A stretch of 64,000 bases of DNA from an uncultured Microthrixaceae bacterium. GTDB taxonomy: Bacteria > Actinomycetota > Acidimicrobiia > Acidimicrobiales > DATDAH01. Each line of letters begins with the position of its first letter. Positions within the stretch are counted from its first letter, which is position 1. The DNA lies in the NCBI GenBank assembly GCA_964635055.1, contig CAZWMT010000002.1, positions 130,550-194,549 on the forward strand. The letters run 5' to 3'. This document shows, in pieces, positions 15,003 through 23,053 of the stretch. The translations under genes were made by a program, and so were the position numbers. Below the pieces are notes generated by a model. It did not search any database. It was given only the letters and a program-made list of their open reading frames with translations, and was not told where the DNA came from.

Positions 15003-16247
15003 TCAGGGAGGGGCGGCCACGAACAGTGCGACGTGGTCGCCCTGCTTGGCCTGGCTCTCGGCCGTGGGTGACTGGCTGTAGACGGTGCCTGGCGGCCGGT
15101 TGGTCCCCCCGGCGGCGGTCACGTCCACGATGAGGCCCAGGTCGGACAGGATGGCCTCCGCCTCCGCGACCGGCCGGTCGAGGACGCTCGGCACGATGAC
15201 GTCGTCGCCTCCCAGGCTGACCAGGAGCGTGACCTTGTCGCCCGCGTGCAACTCGGTACCGGGCGTGGGGGTCTGCCGGATCACCTGGCCCCTCGTGACC
15301 TCGGCGTTCACCTGGTTCTCGAAACGGGGATGCAGTCCCGCCGCTTCGACGCGGGCGGCGGCGAGTTGCTCGTTCACGCCGGTCACGTCGGGCACGCGGG
15401 CCGGTGCCGGGTCGTCTGGGCGCAAGCCCAGCCGACCGGCCATGAAGAACGCGAAGGTGAGCACCGCGCCGAGGCAGAGGACCCCCAGCAGCAGCTTCCC
15501 GATGAGGGGCAGCGAGGCGATGACCCCCGGCCGATCGCCCACGGGGTCGGCGGGGCCGGTAGCGGTGGCCGGCCGGTGGCCGTTGAGGAGCAGGTCGAGG
15601 TCGGCCTGGGCCCCGGCCGCCGACCCGTAGCCACCCTCGGAGCCCGCGGCGGTCAGCCGGGCGAGCGCGGCGCCGAGTCCGTCGGGCGCCGGCCGATCCC
15701 CGAGCGCCGACGAGATCACCGCGGCCAATGCGTGCAGATCGTCCAGCGGGGCCGGTCCCTCCTCGATGCCGTCCGGTCCGTCGAGGGCGTAGACCCGCCC
15801 GAAGCCGGTCACGATGACGCGTCCATCGTCGTTGAGGAGCACGACCTCGGCGGTCAGGCCCCCGTGGACGACACCGGCCCGGTGGGCGGCGACGAGGACG
15901 TCGGCGACGTCGAGGGCGACCTCGATCACCCGGCGGTCGTCGAGTGACGTCGCGGCCAGGGGTTGGCCGAGGGGCGCCTCGCTGGCGACGTAGTAGCTGC
16001 CTCGTTCGATGCCGGCGCCGAGGACACGACCCACGTTGCCGTGGTCGAGGGCGGCCAACGAGCGCATCGCCCGCTCGAAGCGTTCGCGGGCCCTTGGCGA
16101 CAGGTCACAGGCCTCGGGCCGGAAGACCTCGAGCACGACCTCGGCGTCGGTCGTCAGGTCGGTGGCCCGGAAGATCCATCCCGCATCGCTGACGGCGACC
16201 TGCTCGGCAGGCAGGAACCGCCCGCCGTACTCGACCCGGAGCGCCAC
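15003..16247 (-). CDS. PASTA-domain membrane protein with degenerate (pseudo)kinase domain
   Basis: Kinase-like fold but no GxGxxG. VVLEVF replaces VAIK, HGGLTAEV replaces HRDLKPxN, and GFG replaces DFG. One TM (LLGVLCLGAVLTFAFFMAG) is followed by two PASTA repeats (VPDVTGVNEQLAAARVEAAGL.. and VIVPSVLDRPVAEAEAILSDLGL..). Confidence 0.8.
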   Translation of the reverse strand: MALRVEYGGRFLPAEQVAVSDAGWIFRATDLTTDAEVVLEVFRPEACDLSPRARERFERAMRSLAALDHGNVGRVLGAGIERGSYYVASEAPLGQPLAATSLDDRRVIEVALDVADVLVAAHRAGVVHGGLTAEVVLLNDDGRVIVTGFGRVYALDGPDGIEEGPAPLDDLHALAAVISSALGDRPAPDGLGAALARLTAAGSEGGYGSAAGAQADLDLLLNGHRPATATGPADPVGDRPGVIASLPLIGKLLLGVLCLGAVLTFAFFMAGRLGLRPDDPAPARVPDVTGVNEQLAAARVEAAGLHPRFENQVNAEVTRGQVIRQTPTPGTELHAGDKVTLLVSLGGDDVIVPSVLDRPVAEAEAILSDLGLIVDVTAAGGTNRPPGTVYSQSPTAESQAKQGDHVALFVAAPP

Positions 16248-16330
16248 CCGGCGATCCTACGGCGGTGGGGCTCCCGGTGGCGGTGCGGCTCGTGGTGCCG
16301 ACCCCTGTGCGGCACCACCGGGCCCCGCGC

Positions 16331-16879
16331 TCAGTGCTCCGAGGTGGCCCGCATCCCGCTGGATGCGCCGAATGGGCGCGCTGGGCGGTCGGGCACCTGC
16401 TCGTAGGTGCCGAACACCAGGTCCCAGAGGGGGCTGGTCACGCCGAAGTTGGTGGTGCCGGACGAGGCGTGGTGCTGCAGGTGGCGGCGCTGCTGCCAGC
16501 GGGCGTAGCGGGTGCGGGCGGGACGGAAGTGGGCGCGGAAGTGCACCCGCTCGTAGACCAGGTAGGTGGCGATGCCCGACAGGCCCACCAGCGCACCGGT
16601 GAACCAGGGCGCGCCGACCGCGGTGGCCAGCCAGGCGCCGACCGGGCACAGCACCCCCAGCCCCACCACGAGGGTCATCATCAGCGACAGCGGCGAGGCG
16701 AGCGGCCGGCGGGTGGGGTGGCGGTGGTGGTCGAGGTGACCGCGCGAGGCGATGGCCGGTCCGAGCTCGGCGTGCATGAACCAGCGGTGGATCACGTACT
16801 CGGTGAAGCTCCAGGCCCCTATGCCCGCCAGCACGGCCGCCAGCGCCACGGCCACGCCCGCCACGAAACTGTCGCTCAC
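16331..16879 (-). CDS. Fatty acid hydroxylase / sterol desaturase superfamily membrane protein
   Basis: His boxes HRWFMH, HLDHHRH, HFRAHF, HLQHH. Only the 3' third of ORF 16331..17593 is coding. GTG 16879 has CATACT 7 nt upstream. Confidence 0.7.
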   Translation of the reverse strand: MSDSFVAGVAVALAAVLAGIGAWSFTEYVIHRWFMHAELGPAIASRGHLDHHRHPTRRPLASPLSLMMTLVVGLGVLCPVGAWLATAVGAPWFTGALVGLSGIATYLVYERVHFRAHFRPARTRYARWQQRRHLQHHASSGTTNFGVTSPLWDLVFGTYEQVPDRPARPFGASSGMRATSEH

Positions 16880-16885
16880 AACGGG

Positions 16886-16892
16886 CAGTATG
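16886..16892. promoter_or_regulatory. Overlapping face-to-face -10 boxes for two divergent leaderless genes
   Basis: CAGTAT (16886-16891, + strand) lies 6 nt before GTG 16898. CATACT (complement of 16887-16892) lies 7 nt before GTG 16879. Confidence 0.35.
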
Positions 16893-16897
16893 GCCGG

Positions 16898-17569
16898 GTG
16901 CGACGCCGCCGCGCCCCCCGACCCGCCACGCCGGTGGTCCACGCCGTACCCCGGGCTCGGCCGGCGCCGCCACCCGCGGCCGGTGCACGGCTGGTCGTCG
17001 GGGTCCTTCTGGCCGTCCTGGTCCTCACCGGCCTCCTGGGCGCCTGCTCGGGTGACGACGGCGGCGCCGCCGACCCGGCCACGCCCACGAGCACGCCCGG
17101 CACCACCGGCGCCACGTCGCCCGGCAGTGGCGGCGGCGCCGAGGCGCCCGGTGAGCCGTGTGCCGACCTGCACCCCATCGGGGCCTTCGGCGAGGTCGAG
17201 GTGGCCATCGGCGACGACCCGGAGTGCCTGCTCCTGGCCCAGACCGTGGAGGAGCGGGCCCGGGGCCTGATGCAGGTCACCGACCTGGCCGGCTATCCCG
17301 GCATGCTGTTCGTGTTCCCCGACGACTCGACGGGTGGCTTCTGGATGCGCAACACGCCGATGCCCCTGTCGATCGCCTACCTCGACGCCGACGGCGCCAT
17401 CGTGTCGACCGCCGACATGGATCCGTGCGACGACGTGCCCAGCTGCCCTTCGTACCCCGCCGGGGGTGCCTACCGGTTCACCGTCGAGGTGCCCCAGGGC
17501 CGCCTCGACGACCTGGGCCTCACCGGCGACGCCCGCCTCACCGTCGTCAGCCCCGTCGAGCCCAGCTGA
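16898..17569 (+). CDS. DUF192-domain lipoprotein
   Basis: Lipobox LTGLLGAC. DUF192 core is RARGLMQVTDLAGYPGMLFVFPDDSTGGFWMRNTPMPLSIAYLDADG. Only the 3' half of ORF 16265..17569 is coding. Start is uncertain (GTG 16898 or GTG 16934). Confidence 0.72.
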   Translation: MRRRRAPRPATPVVHAVPRARPAPPPAAGARLVVGVLLAVLVLTGLLGACSGDDGGAADPATPTSTPGTTGATSPGSGGGAEAPGEPCADLHPIGAFGEVEVAIGDDPECLLLAQTVEERARGLMQVTDLAGYPGMLFVFPDDSTGGFWMRNTPMPLSIAYLDADGAIVSTADMDPCDDVPSCPSYPAGGAYRFTVEVPQGRLDDLGLTGDARLTVVSPVEPS

Positions 17570-17620
17570 GCGGGTTGCCACCGTCGACAGCACAGCGCGC
17601 GATGGGCGCTCGACCAGCCG

Positions 17621-20600
17621 TCACGGCGAGCGGTCGCACGTGGAGCGGTACGCCAACCCGCCCAGGTACTGCTCCCACTCCGCCCGGGTGAGGTCACGCG
17701 CCACCAGAGAGCACGCGGCCTCGAGCCACCGGCCCGGGTCGAGGTCCCACACGGCGATCGTGCCGTCGAAGGCCGGGATGGCCACGGCGCGGCCGTCGGG
17801 GCTGAACGCCGGGCGGCTGCCCTGGTAGTGGGTGAGCTCGAAGGTCGAGAAGGTGAAGGGTGTCCGGCCGCCGATGAGCTCCTCGCCGATGGCGGCGCCG
17901 GTGTCGGCCTGCCACAGGCGGCTGCGGCTGAACCCGAGGGTCGTGGCGACCAACGTGGTGCCGTCGGGGCTGTAGGCCACGCCGCCGATCGGCCCGGCGT
18001 GGTCCTCGAGCGCCGGACCGACCGCCTCGTGGGTCGCCACCGACCACTGCTGTAGGACGCCGGCGGTCGTCCCGGTGGCGAGACGCCGGCCGTCGGGCGA
18101 GAAGGCAACGGCCAGGAACGGTGCGTCCACGCTCTCGAGCGGCTCGCCCTGCTCGGCGTGCTCGCCGTGGGCGTCCAGCAGGTGGACCAGGTTGTTCTCC
18201 GCGATGACCGCGATCGTGGCCCCGTCGGGGCTCCAGGCCACGCCCAGGGGGAAGCCGCCGCGCACCGGGATCTCCGTGGTCGCCGCGGCGCCGGGATCAG
18301 CGCGCGGGTCCCACAAGGTGACGTTCCCGGCGTTCTCGGTGACGTCATCGGTCGTGGCCCCCTGGCTGCTCACCGCGGCGGCGAGCCGCCCGGAGACCGG
18401 ATCGAAGGCCAGCTGGTAGACCCACGCGTCGCCGAGGTCGAGGCGAGCCTCGGGTGCACCGCTGGCGACCTCGACGAGCTGCACCGTTCCCGTGGTGCCG
18501 GCGACCGCGACCCGCTCACCGGTCGGGTCGACGGCCACGGTCAGGACCTCGCCCCCGATGTCGATGCGGCGCGTCGACCCGTCGGCCAGGTCCCGGATGA
18601 GCAGGCGCCCGTCCGCCCCGCTGCTGACGAGGAACCTCCCGTCGGGGGTGTAGGCCACTTCGGTGGCCGCCGCCCGGTGCCCGCCCACCTCGGCGGCGAT
18701 CACCCGCCGGCCATCGAGGCGCCAGATGGCGCCCCGTCGGTCGAGGCCGCCGGTGGCGAGGGCCCGCCCGTCGGCGCTGAAGGTGACGTCGTTGATCGCC
18801 GTGGAGGAGGCCGCTAGCGGGGGACCGAGCTCGAGACGCGAGGCGACGTCGAACAGCTGGGTGTGCCCGTCGGTGTTGCCCACGGCGAGCACGGTGCCAT
18901 CGGGACTGAACTCCGCGGTCGTCGGCCCCCCGTCCGGCAGCCGCATCGCCGGCTGTTCCTCGCCCGTCACCGGATCGACCAGGGCCACGCGGCTGTCCTC
19001 ACCGCCGACGGCCAGCGTCCCGTCGGGTGCGAACGCGAGGGCGGTGGGCAGGCCCACGTCCGGCTGGAGCCGGTCGCCGAGGGGCTGGCGGTCGTCGACC
19101 GTCCACACCGCCACATCACCGTCGGCGGTGAGGTGGGCGAGCCGCTCGCCGTCGGGGCTCACCGTGATGACCCGGTCACCGGGGTACACCGGGTCGAGCA
19201 CCCACGGCTCGCCCTCCGGCGTCCACGTGGACGTGTCCCAGATCACCGCATCCAGCGACGCCCCCTCGGCCGTGGGCGCACCGCCCTGGGTCACGAGGCG
19301 CCGGCCGTCGGCGCTGAAGAAGGCCGACGTGAGGGGGCCGACCGGCGCCGGGCTGGGGACGAGCCGGTCGAGCGTGCCCGTCCTCAGGTCCCAGACCTGC
19401 AGCCGCCCCTGGATGTCGTCCTCGAGCTCGACCACCGCCGGCACGGCCAGCCAGCGCCCGTCGGGGCTGACGGCGGCGCCGAGGGTGATGTCGTCCTCGT
19501 GATCCAGGACCGCGACCTGCTCCCGGGTGGCGGTGTCCCACACGATCGTGCCGGTGCCGTCGGAGGTCGGTGTGTACAGCCGGGTCGCGTCGGGCGAGAA
19601 CACCGCGGCCTCGAGGCCCGAGTCGTTCCCGTACAACAGCCCCGCGAGCAGGGGATGGGTCTCCAACGCGGTGAGCAGGGTGCTGCGGGTCTCCTCGTCG
19701 TCGTGGCGGCGGTAGGCCTCGGCGGCCAACAGCAGGCCGACGTCGGGCTGTCGCTCGGTGAGCGAGCGCGAGACCGCGGCGATGCGGGCCACCTCGGCCC
19801 GCGCTCGGGAGGTGTCGGCCTGGTGGGCCTGGACGACGGCCGCGGCGCCGGCGACCAGCGCGACCACCAGCGCCACCGCCGTCAGCGTGAGGCGACGCCG
19901 CAGCCGCCGGTTGGTCCGGACCTGGTGCTCGACGGACCGCTCCTCGATGGCCCGGCTCTCCTCGAGGAAGCGTTGCTCGAGGGTGGAGATGGGCGGCTCG
20001 GTCGTGGCCACCCACTCGAGCGCCGTCGCCAGGCGGGGGCCGCGGTAGAGCTCGCTGGGATCCTCGTCGAGCTGCGCCCATGCGGTGGCCGACGTGGTCA
20101 GGTGGCGTTGGATGCGGAGCCCGTCACGGTCCTCGTCCAGCCAGGACTGCAACCGCGGCCACTCGCGGATGAGCGCCTCGTGCGCCAGCTCGACGCCGGT
20201 GTCGTCCATGGTGACGAGCCGGGTGGCGACCGCCGTGTCGAGCACCGCCCGCACGCGGTCCTCGGCCCGATCGGCCGGGAGCAGCTCGGCCAATCGGGCC
20301 CGGCGTCGGGTGTCGGCAACCCCGTCGCCTGGCTCGACCAGGCGGACGAACAGGTGGCGGGCGAAGGCCTGGTCGGTGGGATCCAGGGCGTCGACCGCGC
20401 CGTCCGCGGTGGCCGCTATCGCGCCCTCGACCCCGCCGGTCGACCGGTAGCCCTCGAGGGTGAGGGTGCGGCCGTCGCGGACCTCCCAGGTCGAGCGCAG
20501 TGCGTGGGACAAGAGGGGGAGCGCGCCTGGCTCACCCGCGATCTTGGCGACCAGGACGTCCACGAGCCCCGGCTCGATGCGAAGGCCGGAGCAACGGGCG

Positions 20601-22414
20601 GGCTCGACGATGGCCCGACGGAGCTCGGCCTCGGTCATCGGCCCCAAGAGGACCTGGTGCTGGGCGACGGCGGCGGCGAGGCCCACGTGGTGGGCGCAGG
20701 CCCCGTAGAAGTCGGCACGGAGCCCGATCACGACCGGCTCGGGCCAGGCCAGCAACCGGTCGAGGAACGTGGTGCGGGCGACGTCGTCGTCGCAGAGGGT
20801 GAACAGCTCCTCGAACTGGTCGACGACCAGCGTTGCCGGCTCGCCGGCGTCGGCGGCGCCGGCCGCATCCATGGCGGTGACGGGCTGCGAGCCGGGCGTG
20901 ATCACCCGAGCGGCCGCGAGGCGGGGAGCGACCCCGGCGCGGAGCACCGACGACTTGCCGCTGCCCGACGCGCCGACCACGGCGAGGAACCGGTGCTGCG
21001 CCAGGCGGTCGACGATCTCGTCGACCACGTGCTCTCGTCCGAAGAAGCGCTCGGTGTCGTCCGCGCCGAACGACAGCAGCCCCGGGTAGGGGCAGGGCCC
21101 GAGCGGTGGGGGCGTGTGCACCCCCGGCGCGGCCAGGGCGAAGATCTCCTCGGGCTCGCGGAGGCCGCGCAGCTTGTGGGGGCCGAGCGGCACCAGGTCC
21201 ACGCCGTCGGGGAGGTGCTCGGCGACGAGGCCGGCCGTCACGTTGGACAGGATGACCTCGCCGGCCTCGCCCTGACCGCGGAGGCGGGCGGCCATGTTGA
21301 GGGTGGCGCCGACGTAGTCCTCGCGCCGTCGGTCGGTCTGGCCGGTGTGCACGCCGACCCGGACCTCGAGGGGCAGGGCGCCGGGCCACTCCGTGGTCGA
21401 GAGATCGTTCACGACGTCGACGGCGGCGCGCACCGCCGCGAGGGGCGACGGGTACATCGTCACCGTGGAGTCGCCCTCGCCCTGCGCCTCGAGGAACCGC
21501 CCGCCGTGACGCTCGGCGGCGGCACCGATGACGTCGTCGTGGACGGCCAGTGAGCGGGCCATGTCGCCGGGCCGTGACTCCCACTTCGCCGTCGAGCCCA
21601 CGATGTCGGTGAGGCAGAAGGTCAGGACACCGGTGGGCAAGGAGTCGTGCCACCCGGCGCGTAGGCGCTCGACCAGCTCGCCGGCGGTCTCCGGGCGCTT
21701 GTCCGGGTCGGTGCTCAGCCCCCCGCGGATGGCGGTCTCGAGTTGTTCGGCCTGCTCGGGGTCGATGCCCTCCCAGGACGGTCGGACGCCACTCGGGGGC
21801 TCACCCGTCAACAGCGCGAAGGCCGTGGCGGCCAACGAGTACACGTCGCTGGCGGTCGTCGGTTCGCCGGTGGACACGAGCTCCGGCGCGGCGAAGCCAC
21901 GGGTGCCCATCCGGCGCCGGAGCGAGGTGCGTGACGACGACAGCCCGAAGTCCACCAGCACGACCCGACCGGCGTCGGTCAACACCAGGTTGGCGGGCTT
22001 CACGTCCCCGTGGACCACCGGCGGGTGTTGGCCGTGCAGGTGGGTGAGCGCGGTCGCGGCGTCGGCCAGCCAGGGCAGCACCTGGGACGGCCCCAGCCCC
22101 GGACGGCCCCGGGCGTGGAGCAGGCGGTCGAGGTCGGTGCCCTCCACCCAGTCCATCGCGATGACGTACTTGTCGCCGTCGAAGAAGTCGTCCCGCACCA
22201 GGGGCACGTGCGGGTTGGGTGGGATGGCGAGCAGCACGCGGGCCTCGGCCAGCAGCGCCTCGCTCTCGGGCTCGGAGCTGACCGAGCGGATCTTCAGGGC
22301 GACGAAGCGGTCGTGCTGGTGGTCGAGGGCCTTGACCACGCGACCCTCGCCGCCCTCGCCGAGCACCTCCAGCAGCTCGTACCGGCCGCGCATCAGCTCC
22401 GTCACGGCGGTCAT
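17621..22414 (-). CDS. Multidomain signalling protein: Ser/Thr kinase + class III nucleotidyl cyclase + STAND P-loop NTPase + TM helix + ~700-aa WD40/beta-propeller region (1597 aa)
   Basis: Kinase: GEGGEGRVV, VALKIR, HGDVKPANL, DFGLS (aa 10-255). Cyclase: FCLTDIVGST, GEGDSTVTMY, GVHTG, GATLNMAARL (aa ~263-395). NTPase: FFGRE..AVVGASGSGKSS and LVVDQFEELF (aa ~455-700). TM: LTLTAVALVVALVAGAAAVV (aa 842-861). These are followed by many SPDG/DG..LA repeats. Confidence 0.92.
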   Translation of the reverse strand: MTAVTELMRGRYELLEVLGEGGEGRVVKALDHQHDRFVALKIRSVSSEPESEALLAEARVLLAIPPNPHVPLVRDDFFDGDKYVIAMDWVEGTDLDRLLHARGRPGLGPSQVLPWLADAATALTHLHGQHPPVVHGDVKPANLVLTDAGRVVLVDFGLSSSRTSLRRRMGTRGFAAPELVSTGEPTTASDVYSLAATAFALLTGEPPSGVRPSWEGIDPEQAEQLETAIRGGLSTDPDKRPETAGELVERLRAGWHDSLPTGVLTFCLTDIVGSTAKWESRPGDMARSLAVHDDVIGAAAERHGGRFLEAQGEGDSTVTMYPSPLAAVRAAVDVVNDLSTTEWPGALPLEVRVGVHTGQTDRRREDYVGATLNMAARLRGQGEAGEVILSNVTAGLVAEHLPDGVDLVPLGPHKLRGLREPEEIFALAAPGVHTPPPLGPCPYPGLLSFGADDTERFFGREHVVDEIVDRLAQHRFLAVVGASGSGKSSVLRAGVAPRLAAARVITPGSQPVTAMDAAGAADAGEPATLVVDQFEELFTLCDDDVARTTFLDRLLAWPEPVVIGLRADFYGACAHHVGLAAAVAQHQVLLGPMTEAELRRAIVEPARCSGLRIEPGLVDVLVAKIAGEPGALPLLSHALRSTWEVRDGRTLTLEGYRSTGGVEGAIAATADGAVDALDPTDQAFARHLFVRLVEPGDGVADTRRRARLAELLPADRAEDRVRAVLDTAVATRLVTMDDTGVELAHEALIREWPRLQSWLDEDRDGLRIQRHLTTSATAWAQLDEDPSELYRGPRLATALEWVATTEPPISTLEQRFLEESRAIEERSVEHQVRTNRRLRRRLTLTAVALVVALVAGAAAVVQAHQADTSRARAEVARIAAVSRSLTERQPDVGLLLAAEAYRRHDDEETRSTLLTALETHPLLAGLLYGNDSGLEAAVFSPDATRLYTPTSDGTGTIVWDTATREQVAVLDHEDDITLGAAVSPDGRWLAVPAVVELEDDIQGRLQVWDLRTGTLDRLVPSPAPVGPLTSAFFSADGRRLVTQGGAPTAEGASLDAVIWDTSTWTPEGEPWVLDPVYPGDRVITVSPDGERLAHLTADGDVAVWTVDDRQPLGDRLQPDVGLPTALAFAPDGTLAVGGEDSRVALVDPVTGEEQPAMRLPDGGPTTAEFSPDGTVLAVGNTDGHTQLFDVASRLELGPPLAASSTAINDVTFSADGRALATGGLDRRGAIWRLDGRRVIAAEVGGHRAAATEVAYTPDGRFLVSSGADGRLLIRDLADGSTRRIDIGGEVLTVAVDPTGERVAVAGTTGTVQLVEVASGAPEARLDLGDAWVYQLAFDPVSGRLAAAVSSQGATTDDVTENAGNVTLWDPRADPGAAATTEIPVRGGFPLGVAWSPDGATIAVIAENNLVHLLDAHGEHAEQGEPLESVDAPFLAVAFSPDGRRLATGTTAGVLQQWSVATHEAVGPALEDHAGPIGGVAYSPDGTTLVATTLGFSRSRLWQADTGAAIGEELIGGRTPFTFSTFELTHYQGSRPAFSPDGRAVAIPAFDGTIAVWDLDPGRWLEAACSLVARDLTRAEWEQYLGGLAYRSTCDRSP

Positions 22415-22434
22415 CGACGTCCTACGCTGGCGCG

Positions 22435-23037
22435 GTGGTTGCCGCAGTCGAGGTGTGGTCGGTCGGAGGGCGCCGCCAGGTCGACCTGTCCGACGACCGG
22501 GTCACCGTGGGCAAGGGTGACGAGAACGACATCGTCCTCGACGGTGACCCCACCGTCAGCCGCCTGCACGCCGTGCTCGAGCAGTTTCCGGCGGGGTGGT
22601 GCGTGAACGACCTGGGCTCGTCGAACGGCACCTTCTTGAACGGTGAGCGCATCTGGGCGCCGCAGCGACTGCGCCACGGCGACGAGGTGAGGGTCGGGCG
22701 CACCCGCCTGCTGTTCCGCAACTCGTCCGACGTCGGCCGCACCGTGACGGCCTCCGAGGACGAGCCTCCGGCCCTGACCCCTCGCGAGCACGATGTGCTG
22801 GCGGTGCTGTGCCGTCCCCTGCTCGACCGGGACCTCTTCACCGAGCCCTCGTCGATCCGGGAGATCGCCGCCGACCTGGTGGTCAGTGAGGCCGCCATCA
22901 AGGCGCACCTGGCCAACCTCTACCTCAAGTTCGGCGTCGAGGAGGGGGTGTCCAGCCGGCGGTCCCGCCTCGCCAACGAGGCGCTCCGCCGGGGGGCCGT
23001 GACGCTCGCCGACCTGCGCCGCGGCCGCGAGCAGTAG
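22435..23037 (+). CDS. FHA domain + LuxR-type HTH transcriptional regulator
   Basis: FHA: VTVGKGDENDIVLDGDPTVSRLHAVLE..NDLGSSNGTFLNGERI. LuxR HTH: LTPREHDVLAVL..IREIAADLVVSEAAIKAHLANLYLKFGV. GTG 22435 has TACGCT (22423-22428) 6 nt upstream, consistent with a leaderless start. Confidence 0.88.
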   Translation: MVAAVEVWSVGGRRQVDLSDDRVTVGKGDENDIVLDGDPTVSRLHAVLEQFPAGWCVNDLGSSNGTFLNGERIWAPQRLRHGDEVRVGRTRLLFRNSSDVGRTVTASEDEPPALTPREHDVLAVLCRPLLDRDLFTEPSSIREIAADLVVSEAAIKAHLANLYLKFGVEEGVSSRRSRLANEALRRGAVTLADLRRGREQ

Positions 23038-23053
23038 CTCGCGGCCCTGACCG

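Noticed and set aside
16265-17593. Two nearly full-length overlapping ORFs on opposite strands (16265..17569 + and 16331..17593 -).
   Set aside because: Only the 3' portion of each has recognisable domains (DUF192 lipoprotein on +, fatty-acid hydroxylase His boxes on -). The remainder of each is the antisense shadow of the other gene. They resolve as two divergent genes starting at 16898 and 16879.
17621-22414. Calling the STAND megaprotein an antiphage defence (Avs/NLR-like) system.
   Set aside because: I did not adopt this as the call. The neighbourhood has no mobile-element or other defence genes and no nuclease/TIR/protease-type death effector. The paired FHA-LuxR gene suggests ordinary signal transduction instead. 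It is kept only as an alternative hypothesis.
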